This document shows positions 44,623 to 55,683 of a stretch of 64,000 nt of DNA, in pieces. The position numbers were made by a program, and so were the translations under genes. This stretch comes from an uncultured Halobacteria archaeon. Lineage in GTDB: Bacteria; Pseudomonadota; Gammaproteobacteria; UBA9214. Every line of letters starts with the position of its first letter. Position 1 is the first letter of the stretch. The stretch is from positions 1 to 64,000 of the forward strand of contig CAWKAE010000023.1 in the NCBI GenBank assembly GCA_963847565.1, in the 5' to 3' direction. The notes beneath the pieces were generated by a model, which made no database searches, was not told the DNA's origin, and saw only the letters and a program-made list of their open reading frames with translations.

Positions 44623-45375
44623 ATGGCTATCTCGAGTGCTTTTGTCGGTGTGGTGCTGTTTGTTGCACTGCTGTTATACACGTTCAGGGTTTTGCGCGAG
44701 TACGAGCGTGGCGTGATATTCACGCTTGGACGCTTCTGGAAGGTCAAGGGGCCGGGTCTCATCATCGTCGTACCGATCATCCAGCAGATGGTCAAGGTGG
44801 ACCTGCGCACCGTGGTCATGGACGTACCCAGCCAGGATGTTATCTCGCGGGACAACGTGTCGGTCAAGGTCAACGCGGTGCTCTATTTTCGCGTGATCGA
44901 CCCGCAGAAGGCGATCATCCAGGTCGAGGACTTCCTGGCCGCCACCAGCCAGCTGGCGCAGACTACGTTGCGCTCGGTACTCGGCCAACACGAGCTGGAT
45001 GACATGCTGGCCGAACGTGACAAGCTGAACAAGGACATCCAGGCCCTGCTTGACCAGCAAACCGACGCCTGGGGTATCAAGGTGGCAAACGTCGAGATCA
45101 AGCATGTTGATATCGACGAAAGTATGGTGCGCGCCATCGCGCGGCAGGCGGAGGCCGAACGTGAACGGCGCGCCAAGGTCATCCACGCCGAAGGCGAGAT
45201 GCAGGCCGCCGTGAAACTGGTCGCGGCCGCGAAGATACTCAACGAGCAACCGCAGTCACTGCAGTTACGTTACCTGCAGACCCTGACCGAGATCGCCGGC
45301 GAGAAGAGTTCGACCATTGTGTTCCCGCTGCCGCTGGACAGTATCGGCAATTTGTTAAGTGGAAAATCAGAATGA
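44623..45375 (+). CDS. Stomatin-like SPFH/band-7 protein (slipin)
   Basis: TM helix followed by [13 protein letters not shown]. Confidence 0.85.
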   Translation: MAISSAFVGVVLFVALLLYTFRVLREYERGVIFTLGRFWKVKGPGLIIVVPIIQQMVKVDLRTVVMDVPSQDVISRDNVSVKVNAVLYFRVIDPQKAIIQVEDFLAATSQLAQTTLRSVLGQHELDDMLAERDKLNKDIQALLDQQTDAWGIKVANVEIKHVDIDESMVRAIARQAEAERERRAKVIHAEGEMQAAVKLVAAAKILNEQPQSLQLRYLQTLTEIAGEKSSTIVFPLPLDSIGNLLSGKSE

Positions 45376-45601
45376 ATGGTTATTGGTAGCAAGTGTAAAT
45401 GTAAACAGGGGTCAGATCCCGGCTCTGGATTTAAAATGCCATGGGATCTGTCCCTTGGCCGTGTTAAGCCGCGGTTGCCGGTTAATTACCCGTGATTACC
45501 ATCCCCTGTGCGTGTCGGTGTCAGGCTGAATCCGTGTTTTGATGAGCGGTATGGCAATATGTGGTAGCGTGATTGTCTGGTTATCATGACAGGAACAAGC
45601 T

Positions 45602-46480
45602 ATGTATGAATCACCGGAAAGTCCCTGGCGCGTCCCGTTTGACGGATCATTCAGGCGCAAGGATGTCAGCACAAAACGCCCTGACGATGCACCGGGCAAG
45701 CAGGCGCGCCGGGACATCCTCGCCGAGCGGGTAGCAGAACTGGACCGCCTGCAGCGCATTTTCTACGCCCACGATCGCCATTCGATGCTGCTGGTTTTCC
45801 AGGGCATGGATGCGGCCGGCAAGGACAGCACCATTCGTTCCATTCTGCAGGGCGTCAACCCGGCCGGTTGCCAGGTGTTCTCATTCAAGCAGCCATCGGC
45901 CGAAGAGCTGGATCATGATTTCCTGTGGCGCAGTAGCCGGCGTCTGCCCGAGCGTGGCCGTATCGGTATTTTCAACCGCAGTTACTACGAAGAGGTACTG
46001 GTTGTCCGTGTACACCCGGAATACCTGGGTGGGCAACAGCTGCCTGCACACGTGGATACCGACACAATCTGGCAGTCGCGCTATGAGTCGATTCGCACAC
46101 ATGAGCAGCATCTTGCCGCGAACGGGACAGTCATACTCAAGTTCTGGCTGAATGTGTCGCGCGACGCGCAGCGCCAGCGATTCCTGGATCGGCTCAATGA
46201 GCCGGAGAAGAACTGGAAGTTCTCCACCGGCGACATGCGCGAGCGTGGTTTCTGGGATGATTACATGCAGGCATTCGAAGATGCCGTGCGCGAGACCTCC
46301 CGTCCCTGGGCACCCTGGTACGCCATTCCGGCAGACAGTAAATCCTATATGCGCATGGCCGTTGCGGATATCGTAGTGCGTGCCATGCAGTCCCTGGACA
46401 TGCATTACCCCGAGGTACACGAGGACGAACGCAGGCATTTCGAGGAGCTGCGCAAGCAGCTTGAAGAAGAGGGCAGTTAG
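45602..46480 (+). CDS. Polyphosphate kinase 2 family
   Basis: Walker A GMDAAGKDS and lid region. Confidence 0.8.
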   Translation: MYESPESPWRVPFDGSFRRKDVSTKRPDDAPGKQARRDILAERVAELDRLQRIFYAHDRHSMLLVFQGMDAAGKDSTIRSILQGVNPAGCQVFSFKQPSAEELDHDFLWRSSRRLPERGRIGIFNRSYYEEVLVVRVHPEYLGGQQLPAHVDTDTIWQSRYESIRTHEQHLAANGTVILKFWLNVSRDAQRQRFLDRLNEPEKNWKFSTGDMRERGFWDDYMQAFEDAVRETSRPWAPWYAIPADSKSYMRMAVADIVVRAMQSLDMHYPEVHEDERRHFEELRKQLEEEGS

Positions 46481-46575
46481 CCGGACAGGCAATATTCCTG
46501 TCGCCCACTATAAAAATACGAAAACCTGTCGATATATATCGGTATATCGATCTGCAGGCAGGATGACAGGATAAT

Positions 46576-47460
46576 ATGAGGTTCTACCTGGAAAAGCGTG
46601 AGTCACCCGCGGCAGCAGTCGCGCGAATCAATCTCGAGCTGCGTGCGCGGGTAATACGGATTATCAACGATGAATCACTCGATTCGGATACGCTGGTGCA
46701 TGAGTTGCTCAAATGCATCAATAAAATGCGTGCCGTGTTGCGTTTCAGCGAGCCGGTTATGATGGCAGCGGCCTTTAATAGCAGGGACCGTGTATTACGT
46801 GATTTCGCCCGTGAGGTCAGTGGTACGCGCGATAGTGCCGTGCTGGTGAATACGTTCGATTGCCTGGCAGATCATTACCGTCCGTTCCTCAACACCGAAG
46901 AGCTGCTGCCTGTGCGACAGGCGCTGCAGAACCGGCATGTCCAGTCCATGGCTGCGTTCCAGGAGCAACACAATGTCAAGCAGCTGGAGTCGGCATTCAT
47001 AAGTCTCGAGATGAAGATCGACAGAAAAGCCAGGGACAAGGTAACCAACGACATGATCAGGTCTGCTGTGCGGGGCATATACGTGCGTGGCTGCAAACTG
47101 CATCACTTGCTGGATGAAGACCCGAATACCGAAAACAGTCACTCGCTGCACCGCCAGGCGAAGTACCTGTGGTACCAGTTGCGCATGCTCAAGGAACGCT
47201 TGCCGGAGTCTATGCAAGTCGTTGTCGAGGAGCTCGACGAGCTGGGTGAATTGCTGGGTGACGACAACGATATGTCCGTGCTGATCGATACCCTGCGGAA
47301 AAAGCCGGGACTCTGCTGTAACCGGGTGCAGGCCGAGCTGCTGTGCAGTCTTGCCGAGACGCGCCGTATTTCGCTGCTGTCTGCCGCCTTGCGGCTGTCT
47401 GCGCGGATATACGCCAGCGAGCCTGATCATTTCGTCGCGAGTCTGTCCGCCGATGCCTGA
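46576..47460 (+). CDS. CHAD domain protein
   Basis: All-helical with conserved His/Arg positions. The family is known to associate with polyphosphate. Confidence 0.6.
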   Translation: MRFYLEKRESPAAAVARINLELRARVIRIINDESLDSDTLVHELLKCINKMRAVLRFSEPVMMAAAFNSRDRVLRDFAREVSGTRDSAVLVNTFDCLADHYRPFLNTEELLPVRQALQNRHVQSMAAFQEQHNVKQLESAFISLEMKIDRKARDKVTNDMIRSAVRGIYVRGCKLHHLLDEDPNTENSHSLHRQAKYLWYQLRMLKERLPESMQVVVEELDELGELLGDDNDMSVLIDTLRKKPGLCCNRVQAELLCSLAETRRISLLSAALRLSARIYASEPDHFVASLSADA

Positions 47461-47545
47461 ATAAGGAAGCGCTGACAGCTGCCGCTAACCTGATTTACTG
47501 CAGGATGCAGTAGGTGACACGGCAGAGCCCTGCCTGGAGAGCGTC

Positions 47546-48943
47546 ATGGAACGACCGGTTCTCGATACACACCAGAAAGCCCACGCAATCAACATGGACC
47601 GGCGCAAGTACGGCATCCTCGCCGAAATCGGTGCAGGCCAGGAAACCGCGCGCTGGTTCTTCCGGGTCGGGGGTGCGGCCGGTACCATCGCCAAGGCTAT
47701 CTCTGCCTATGACATGCAGGTCAGCGACAGTCTGTATGGGCCTTGCGCACGCTATGTCAGTCGTGACCGGCTGGAAGCCATGATCGATTGCGAATACAGA
47801 CTGCTGCAGTCCAACCTCGGTGCCAGCCGGGGTGATGAGAGTACCTTCTTCGTTTTCGCCAATACCGTGGCGACTTTCAGTTATACAACCAGTCGTCCCG
47901 GGCATGGCTGGCTGGGTATTCGCTTCCAGGCCTCACCGCATGCGCGAGAATCCCAGATCGACCTGCATGTTGTCCTGAAGGGCAGTGACACTGTTCAGGA
48001 CCAGGAAATTCTCGGGCAGCTGGGCGTGAACCTGGTCTACGGTGCAATGTATTTACATGACAGTCCGGACGTGTTGCTGGCTTCGCTGCTGGACGGCTTG
48101 ACAACGGACCTGCTCGAAATTGACATGATCGATTTTCAGGGTGATGTCTTTAGCGGGGTCGACAATCGTTTAATGGCACTGCGACTCGTTCAGCATGGCC
48201 TGTCGAGCGCGGCCATGTTCCGTGCCGACGGCAAGGTCGTGCAGCCCGCCGACACACTCTACAAAAAGTCGGTACTGGTCGAGCGCAGTCGCTTCCGGCC
48301 GCCGACCCGCCTGAATATGGATATGCTGGATTGTGCGACACGGGCGTTCTATGACGAAGCGGATGTGACGGAAGACAACACCCTGGTGTTGAGCGAGATG
48401 ACGCTGCATAACCTGGGTGACGGCGAGGATATCGACGTCGAGGACTTTCTCAACCGCATCGACATACTCTGTGCCCTGGGGAAGAACGTCATTATCACCG
48501 ACTACGGCGAGTTCTATCGGCTTGCACAGTACCTGTTCAGCCTGACGCAAAACCCGGTTGGCGTAGTGCTGGGAGTGACGACGCTCGCCGATATTTTCGA
48601 CGATACGTACTACCAGCACCTGGCGGGCGGCATACTGGAATCATTCGGCCGCATGTTCAAGAACCGGCTCAGGCTGTATGTCTGTCCGACCTGCCAGGCA
48701 GGCAGTGATGAGTTGCTGACGGTACATAACCTCGAAATTGCGCCGCACCTCAGGCACCTCTATGCGCATTTGCTCGATAACGGCAGTATCCGCGAGTTAA
48801 TGGATATCCAGCATGAATATCTGTCGATTCATTCGCACACGGTACTCGAGTCGATTCAGCGCGGTGATACCGGGTGGGAAGCAATGGTTCCGGAAACTGT
48901 CGCAACGCTTATCCGCGAGAAGAACCTGTTTAAATGTGCATGA
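47546..48943 (+). CDS. Uncharacterised 465 aa protein (no recognised motif)
   Basis: Clean long ORF with a codon usage typical of the window. Same strand as PPK2-CHAD, 85 nt downstream. Confidence 0.6.
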   Translation: MERPVLDTHQKAHAINMDRRKYGILAEIGAGQETARWFFRVGGAAGTIAKAISAYDMQVSDSLYGPCARYVSRDRLEAMIDCEYRLLQSNLGASRGDESTFFVFANTVATFSYTTSRPGHGWLGIRFQASPHARESQIDLHVVLKGSDTVQDQEILGQLGVNLVYGAMYLHDSPDVLLASLLDGLTTDLLEIDMIDFQGDVFSGVDNRLMALRLVQHGLSSAAMFRADGKVVQPADTLYKKSVLVERSRFRPPTRLNMDMLDCATRAFYDEADVTEDNTLVLSEMTLHNLGDGEDIDVEDFLNRIDILCALGKNVIITDYGEFYRLAQYLFSLTQNPVGVVLGVTTLADIFDDTYYQHLAGGILESFGRMFKNRLRLYVCPTCQAGSDELLTVHNLEIAPHLRHLYAHLLDNGSIRELMDIQHEYLSIHSHTVLESIQRGDTGWEAMVPETVATLIREKNLFKCA

Positions 48944-49003
48944 AGTGCGCAGTTAGTGGAGCGCTGCAAGGTTAAATAGTTCGATGCGGTTCCTGTCTGC
49001 TAC

Positions 49004-50198
49004 TCACTGCTCCTTCTGAACCTGGGCTGGCCGTTCTTCTGCAGGCCGGACGCGCAGGCGGAACAGGCCCGTCAGGTGCGTGTCACTGGTGAAATACAGT
49101 GCACCATCCGGCCCGAATGCAACGCCGATCGGTCTGGCCAGGCGTTCACCATCGGCGCGCTGGAAGCCACTGACGAACTCCGTTACATCAACAGCCTGTC
49201 CATCCCGGAACCTGACCAGCATCAAGGCGGGATGACGGCGGCTCGCCTTGCTGCCGAGCATGCCGCCACCCGGCTTGGTCCCCCATGATCCCTTCAGCGC
49301 CACGATAGCGTTACCGCCCATGTGACCGTTCAATGCCTTGTCCGGGATGAACGCCACCCCCATGGGTGCATTGCGCGCGGGGAACGTGGCGACCGGTTGA
49401 CTGACCTCGCGGGCAGGGCGCGGCGGCTTGCGCCTGATGCAGTTGTCACGTTGCAGTTGTCTGCCGTCGAACTGGAACCACGGCATGCCGTGAAACGAGC
49501 CAGGTGTGAGCCGTGCGAAATATTCCGGTGGCTGGTCGTAGCCGAGGTGGTCCGGGCCGTTATTGCTGGCATACAGGGTGCCGGTCTGCGGATGCCAGTC
49601 GAAGCCGACCGGGTTGCGCAGTCCGCTGGCATAGGTACGCCACACCGGTCAGCTTGCCGGTTTCGTCCAGCACCAGTACGCCGCCACGCCGGTCGGCAAA
49701 GGCATAACTGTCATCCAGATATTCATCGGAACAATTACCACTGATGCCAAGAGCCAGGTACACGCGGCCATCCGGCCCGATGGCCACACTGCGACTGTTG
49801 TGTCCGCCACCCCCGGGCAGGGCCAGCAGTAACTCAACACTGTCCCACGGGATTGTTGCCTGTCCCGGTGTATAGGGTGCGCGGTACAGGCCGTCGGTTT
49901 GCGCAATCAGCAACTCGTTTTCGCGCCAGGCGAGACTGTGGGGGTAGTCCGCCAGCTCGACCAGCACGTCAGGGTCCGTATAGGGCGGTGCCAGCCGGTA
50001 AATATTGCCTGCGCGCGAGCCGATCAACAGCTCGCCGTTGGGCAGAAAGGTCATCAGGCGCGGGGCGTCGAGCCGGTCGGTCAGCAGTTCCAGTTGCATG
50101 CCGTCCGGCAGACTGAGCGACCAGCGCTCACCATCGACCGTCAGAGTCTGTGTTTGCCGGGGCAGGGTGTCACTGGCTGCGGCGATGCCGGCAAGCAA
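49004..50198 (-). CDS. PQQ-dependent sugar (sorbosone/aldose) dehydrogenase-like beta-propeller, split by a frameshift near 49630-49645
   Basis: ORFs 49560..50198 and 49004..49645 are in different frames. GLRNPVGFDW, GPDGALYFTSD. Confidence 0.7.
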
Positions 50199-50304
50199 CC
50201 ATACAGTCAGAAATAATAAACAGGCGCATATGGGCAGCCTAGACGGAATCGGCGGTTTTGAACAGGGCTGACGAAAAGACCGGCGGCTGCGTTATCATGT
50301 TCGG

Positions 50305-51106
50305 ATGGATATTCACTCATTGGTTGATGAAGTTCAGGGCATCATCGTGTCCGCGGCAAGGGATGAATTGTTGCCGCGATTTGCATGCGTGGAACGTACG
50401 CACAAGCGTGACGGCAGCATACTGACCGAGGCGGATACTGCCATGCAAACGCGTATTGCCGGCAAGCTGCAGCAGTTATCACCGGACATCCTGTTCCTTG
50501 GCGAGGAGATGGAGGCAGACGAGCAGGCAGGCTTGCTGGAATCGGGTCAGCCGGTCTGGTGCCTTGATCCACTGGACGGAACCAGTAACTTTGCCTGCGG
50601 GATTCCCTACTACTGCGTTGCGCTGGCACTGCTGCACAAGGGACATGTCGAGCTGGGGCTGGTGTACGATCCGGTGCGCGATGAATGTTTCAGTGCAGTG
50701 CAGGGTGAAGGTGCGCGGCTGGACGGTAAACCCCTGCAGGTAAGTCGAGTCCGGGCTGGCGCTCGGCCAGGCAACGGCGCTGATCGATTTAAAGCGCCTG
50801 GATGCCGGGCTGGCAACACGGCTGGTGACCGATATGCCGTACGCCTCGCAACGCAGCTTCGGTTCAGTGGCGCTTGACTGGTGCTGGCTGGCGGCCGGAC
50901 GCAGCCATATTTACCTGCACGGTCGTTCAAAAATCTGGGACTATGCGGCCGGCAACCTGATCTTCAACGAGGCCGGTGGCCACTCCGTCAGCCTCGACGG
51001 GCAGCCGGTCTTCACACGGGCACTGTCGCCACGCGCGTCGGTCGCCGCCGTGGACCGCGGGCTGTTCGATGCATGGACCCGCTGGCTGGGAATCGACTTG
51101 CAGTAG
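50305..51106 (+). CDS. Inositol monophosphatase family (SuhB-like), split by a frameshift near 50745-50760
   Basis: LDPLDGTSNF and WDYAAG lie in two frames. Combined length 267 aa. Confidence 0.75.
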
Positions 51107-51275
51107 CTGTTCCAAGTTGCTGTTTTTATAAATATCTACGACTTTGGTCTGATAGACCGGGTTGACCGTGATGCGCGACAATAGGGCTGCATGACTACCG
51201 TGCCCGGTGGGTCGTGAGTCGATATAATGGCCGCTCGTTCAGCCGCACATAACAATTAACAGCCGCAGAACAATA

Positions 51276-52837
51276 ATGAACCTGCAAGACACGCTACAGA
51301 CAATCAGGCAAAAAGCGTTTCCGAAGCGGCATGCGCTGGAGACCGAGCTGGCCGGCCTGCGTGAGGAACACGCGCATGTCATTGCCGAGCTCGACACGGT
51401 GCAGGGGGCGCTGGCTGAAACCCGCGAGCAGGATGCCAGGCAACTCGCCGATCTGCAGCAGCAGCTGAATGTCATTAGCAGTGACCGGCGCGCGGCACAG
51501 GTGCGCGCCGAGACACTGGAAGCATCGCTGGCCGAGGCGCAGGCCCGGCAGCAGACTGCCGAGCATCACATAAATTCCCTGGAAGCCAGGCTGGATGAAA
51601 CACGCAGCCAGCATGAAGCCGGCCTCGAGTTGACGCAGGAAAACCTGTTGCGACTGCAATCCGAGCAGCAAAATCTGCTGGCGCTGCAAACAGACCTGGC
51701 GAAAACATTTCACGAAGTCGGCAAGCAGTTGCTCGATGCTGTCTCGCGTGCAAGCGCCGCCGCCACGCATGTCCCGCCTGCAGGCAACGGCCATGGCCGG
51801 TCTGCTGTTCCTGTCCGGCGCATTGCTGAGTGGGCTGGTGATGCGCAACGCGGCACCGACAATCGATCTGACACCACTGCAGACCGGTATCATTGATTTG
51901 AAGCGCCTGATGAAAACGCACTTCGAAAGTCATAGTGAATTACTGAAGATCCTGACTGACAGCCTGAATCGTGAAACGGTCGGACAGGTTTCGCCGGCAC
52001 CGGAGCCGGCCGTCTCGCAGCGCCTCGCCGAACGTCAGCGGGCCGACCTGGCGTTGCTGGGCTTCAGTGCTGATGAGTCGTTGTCGGACTTCCGCGCACT
52101 GTATATGCCTGCCACTGACGGTGAAGCCGATGCCACGCCTGACGAGGTCGATGCTGTGCTGGGTTACTATGCCGACCTGGCGCGCAAGGACAGTCGCAAA
52201 TACCAGCTGGACAGTCACGTGCTGGCAGCGATTCGCCTGGCCAGCAAGCGTACCGGTGTCGAGTTTCCCTTTCTGATGGAGCTGGCTGCGACCGAGAGCG
52301 ATTTCAGGCCGACTGCACGTGCGTCGACGTCAACGGCGGTCGGACTGTACCAGTTCAAGGAAGAGACCTGGCTGGATGCAATCAGGGCCTACGGCGAACG
52401 CTATGGACTGGAAGAATACAGTCAACGCATCGAGTATATGGCTGACAGCAAGGGCGTCATGCAACCCGCGATCAATAGATGCCGACCTGCATGCAGCAGC
52501 ACTGGGTTTGCGTCTCGATGCGCGGCTGTCGGCGTTACTGGCGGCCGAGCATGCACGCAGTAACATGCGTCAGCTGAACTCGAAGCTGGATCGCACACTT
52601 GACCGGACAGATCTTTACCTGACGCACTTTTTTGGTACCCGTGGTGCCATTTCCTTCCTCAAGGCGCTGGCCGAGGACCCGGGACAGATTGCCGGTGAAA
52701 TCTTCCCGGGCCCGGCGAGTCGCAACCGCTCCATATTCCAGGACAAGGCACGCAAGCCCCGCACGGTGGCGGAGGTCTACAAGCTGTTTGCGCGCAAGTT
52801 CAACACCAGCCGTTATCGCGACAGCGAGCCAGGCTAG
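51276..52837 (+). CDS. Coiled-coil + TM + lytic-transglycosylase (SLT)-like domain protein, apparently in three frames (shifts near ~51760 and ~52475); could be two genes
   Basis: ORF 51276..: heptad coiled coil. ORF 51736..: TM AGLLFLSGALLSGLV then ATESDFRP..GLYQF (ES..GLMQ-like). ORF 52319..: continuation ..THFFGTRGAISFL. Confidence 0.5.
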
Positions 52838-52888
52838 CGCCCGGCCGGTCGGTCGCGGCGCTCGCGCGGGTGACCGGTCTGCGGTATC

Positions 52889-53836
52889 TTGGCGACACTC
52901 CAGCTGATCGCGGACTTCCAGATGGTTTTTGAGATTGCAGGTATCACTGCTTCGCCATGGCTGCTGCTTGGCTGGGGCGCGCTGGTCGGCCTGGTATTCT
53001 CAACCGTCGGTGCGGCCGGCGGCATTCTTGCCTCCGTCGGAATGATCTCGGTATTCGGGCTTAAAGATCCAAACCTGGTCAAGCCGATGGCGCAGGCAAT
53101 GACGCTGGTAACGCCGCTGGTGGCAGTGCCGCTCTATGCGCGGCAGTGTCGAGTGGTCTGGCGGCTGGCATTGCTGCTCGGCGCCGGTGGTGTGCTGGGC
53201 GCCCTGCTTGGCAGCAGCCTGTCGCATCGATTGCTGGCCGACATGTCGCTGTTCAGACCGGTATTCGCCGTGCTGGTATTTATTATCGCTGCGCAGTTGT
53301 TCTGGCAGATATTCAAACATGGCGCGAACACCGTGCAACTGACCCGGGCCATGCGGGCGGCCGAGAGTTTTGAAGGCCAGGTGCGCAGTGGGGCGGACCT
53401 GTGCGAGAAAGGCGTGTGCTGTATAGAGGCCGGTTTCAGGCGTTTCGTATTCGATTTTGGCGGCGAGCGTTTCGGCTTTAACCCGTTGTTGCCGTTCCTG
53501 ACCGGGCTGGCTATCGCCATGCTGTCTTCGGCGCTCGGTGTCGGTGGCGGTTTCCTGCTGGTTCCCTTCATGAGTATCGTCATGCGCTTGCCGATGTACG
53601 TCATCGCCGGCACTTCGGCGCTGGCAATTGCGATCCATTCGATTACCTCTATCAGTAATTATGTCCGTTTGGGTATCGAGCTCGACCTGGCAATGCTCGC
53701 CTTCCTGCTGGTCGGTGTGGTGGCCGGTTCTTTCCTCGGGCCGCTGGTGAGCAAGCATGTACCGGAGAACGGACTGCGCGGTTTGCTGGCAGCTATCCTG
53801 GTCCTGATCGGGTTACGCTATGCGGGTGTTTTTTAA
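52889..53836 (+). CDS. TauE/SafE (DUF81) family anion exporter
   Basis: Two internal repeats of four TM helices, Gly-rich. Confidence 0.7.
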   Translation: MATLQLIADFQMVFEIAGITASPWLLLGWGALVGLVFSTVGAAGGILASVGMISVFGLKDPNLVKPMAQAMTLVTPLVAVPLYARQCRVVWRLALLLGAGGVLGALLGSSLSHRLLADMSLFRPVFAVLVFIIAAQLFWQIFKHGANTVQLTRAMRAAESFEGQVRSGADLCEKGVCCIEAGFRRFVFDFGGERFGFNPLLPFLTGLAIAMLSSALGVGGGFLLVPFMSIVMRLPMYVIAGTSALAIAIHSITSISNYVRLGIELDLAMLAFLLVGVVAGSFLGPLVSKHVPENGLRGLLAAILVLIGLRYAGVF

Positions 53837-53874
53837 CATTGTCCCGGAGCACACGCGGGCGCTATGCTTGACCC

Positions 53875-54627
53875 ATGGCGCGTAAACGACAGGCCGCGAC
53901 GCGGTCAATCGAGCAGTTCAATATAAATCCCGGGCGACTGCTTGCGGGCAAGTACGAGGTGGTCAAACGCCTGGGGCGTGGCTGGGAAGGCGAGGTCTAC
54001 CTGGTCCGGGAAAGAAATACTTCAATCGAGCGTGCCGTCAAGCTGTTTTATCCGCAGCGAAACCTGCGCGACAGGGCGGCGGGCTTTTACGCACGCAAAC
54101 TGCACAAGCTGCGTCATTGCCCGATTGCGATTCAGTATCATTCCAGCGACACCATCATCTACCAGCGTATACCCATAACGCTGCTGGTATCGGATTTCGT
54201 CGAGGGCGAGTTGCTATCCGACTTTATTGCCAACCAGCCGGGCCGGCGCCTGCGCCCGTATCCGGCCATGCACCTGCTGCATGCCCTGGCATCCGGTATT
54301 GAGTGCATACATGCCATGAAGGAATACCACGGTGACCTGCATGCCGAGAACATTATCGTGCAGCGTTACGGACTCGGGTTTGAGCTCAAGTTGCTGGATT
54401 TTTTCCACTGGGGTGCACCGCGACCGGAGAATATCCGCGATGACGTCGTCGACCTGGTAAAAATACTGTACGAAGCGACCGGCGGGCGCACCTGGTACAG
54501 TCGACAACCACAGGAAATAAAGGCGCTGTGCTGTGGTCTGAAACGCAGCCTGATACTGAAAAAATTCCGCACCGCGGGCCAGTTGCGCGAGTACCTGGAA
54601 AACATGGAATGGCAGACACGCGTATGA
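53875..54627 (+). CDS. Small eukaryotic-like Ser/Thr protein kinase
   Basis: G-loop LGRGWEGEVY, VAVK-like AVKLF, catalytic HGDLHAENIIV, DFF (DFG-like). Confidence 0.7.
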   Translation: MARKRQAATRSIEQFNINPGRLLAGKYEVVKRLGRGWEGEVYLVRERNTSIERAVKLFYPQRNLRDRAAGFYARKLHKLRHCPIAIQYHSSDTIIYQRIPITLLVSDFVEGELLSDFIANQPGRRLRPYPAMHLLHALASGIECIHAMKEYHGDLHAENIIVQRYGLGFELKLLDFFHWGAPRPENIRDDVVDLVKILYEATGGRTWYSRQPQEIKALCCGLKRSLILKKFRTAGQLREYLENMEWQTRV

Positions 54628-55427
54628 AACCGGGTGTGTGTGCCGGCATGGCTATGGTTGCGCCCGAGATCGTTCCGGTCGGGCGGGGCATGGCGTGTAT
54701 TTATACCCGGCCACGTCCCGGTCGCGAGACTGCGAATGAAGATGCGCTGGCGGTGATACCGGGTGCGGACGGTTGTTGTGTGCTGGCGGTTGCCGACGGC
54801 CTGGGTGGTCTGCCCGCCGGCGACGAGGCATCGCGTACCTTGCTGACAATGTTATCGGACAGTGTTATCGGTCGGCAGGGCGAGGTGCAGCGCGAGGCGG
54901 TGTTGTCAGGACTGGAGCAGGCGAATGATGCGATCCTGGCAAGCGGGAAGGGCGGTGCCTCGACGGTTGCCGTGGTTGCCATTGACGGTGCCGTAATGCG
55001 GACGTCTATCGTGGGCGATTCCATGGTCGTTGTGTGCGGCCAGCGTGGCAAGGTTAAATATCAGTCCGTTCCGCAATCGCCGGTCGGTTATGCCGAGGCG
55101 TCCGGCATGCTCGACGAAGATGAAGCGATGTTCCACGATGACCGTCACCTGGTTTCCAACGTGGTTGGCATGAACGGTATGCATGTGGAAGTCGGCCCCC
55201 TGTTACAACTGGCGCCGCGTGACACGGTTATCCTGGGCAGTGACGGCCTGTTCGATAACCTGTATGTCGATGAGGTGGTGGAAATTGCACGTTGTGGGCC
55301 GCTGGTTACCGCCGCCGAACGCTTGCTCGACGCCTGCAGTGAGCGGATGTCTGCCGAGTCATCCGGCAAGCCGCACAAGCCGGATGATCTGAGCTTTATT
55401 ATTTACCGGCAGCAGACTGACTCCTAG
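54624..55427 (+). CDS. PP2C-family Ser/Thr phosphatase
   Basis: ADGLGG, GSDGL. Its ATG overlaps the kinase TGA (ATGA). Confidence 0.75.
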   Translation: MKPGVCAGMAMVAPEIVPVGRGMACIYTRPRPGRETANEDALAVIPGADGCCVLAVADGLGGLPAGDEASRTLLTMLSDSVIGRQGEVQREAVLSGLEQANDAILASGKGGASTVAVVAIDGAVMRTSIVGDSMVVVCGQRGKVKYQSVPQSPVGYAEASGMLDEDEAMFHDDRHLVSNVVGMNGMHVEVGPLLQLAPRDTVILGSDGLFDNLYVDEVVEIARCGPLVTAAERLLDACSERMSAESSGKPHKPDDLSFIIYRQQTDS

Positions 55428-55434
55428 GCGCCGA

Positions 55435-55659
55435 TCAGTTCAGTGCAGGTCCAAGTATAAATTCTACCGGTTCGAAGCCATGCTCCTCGAGCACTGCCTC
55501 GATATCCTCCCAGGTGTAATCGGGATCGTTTTCTTCGACGCTGGCGATCAGCCCCGTGACGTGACGATAGGCCTCGTGTTGTTCGAAGTCCGGCGGGATA
55601 CGAACCAGGCGGGTTTCCATGTTGTCGCCGGCGGGCAGTATCATGAACGATTCGGTCAT
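55435..55659 (-). CDS. Hypothetical small acidic protein
   Basis: ORF only. Confidence 0.35.
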   Translation of the reverse strand: MTESFMILPAGDNMETRLVRIPPDFEQHEAYRHVTGLIASVEENDPDYTWEDIEAVLEEHGFEPVEFILGPALN

Positions 55660-55683
55660 TGGAGTTCTTCCCTCAAGCTGGTT

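Noticed and set aside
51276-51896. Treating the coiled-coil ORF as a separate gene from the SLT-like ORF
   Set aside because: Not rejected outright. The 160-nt overlap and the continuous sense across frames (..LLDAVSR / VQAPPPRMSRL..) favour a single frameshifted gene. A two-gene model remains possible.
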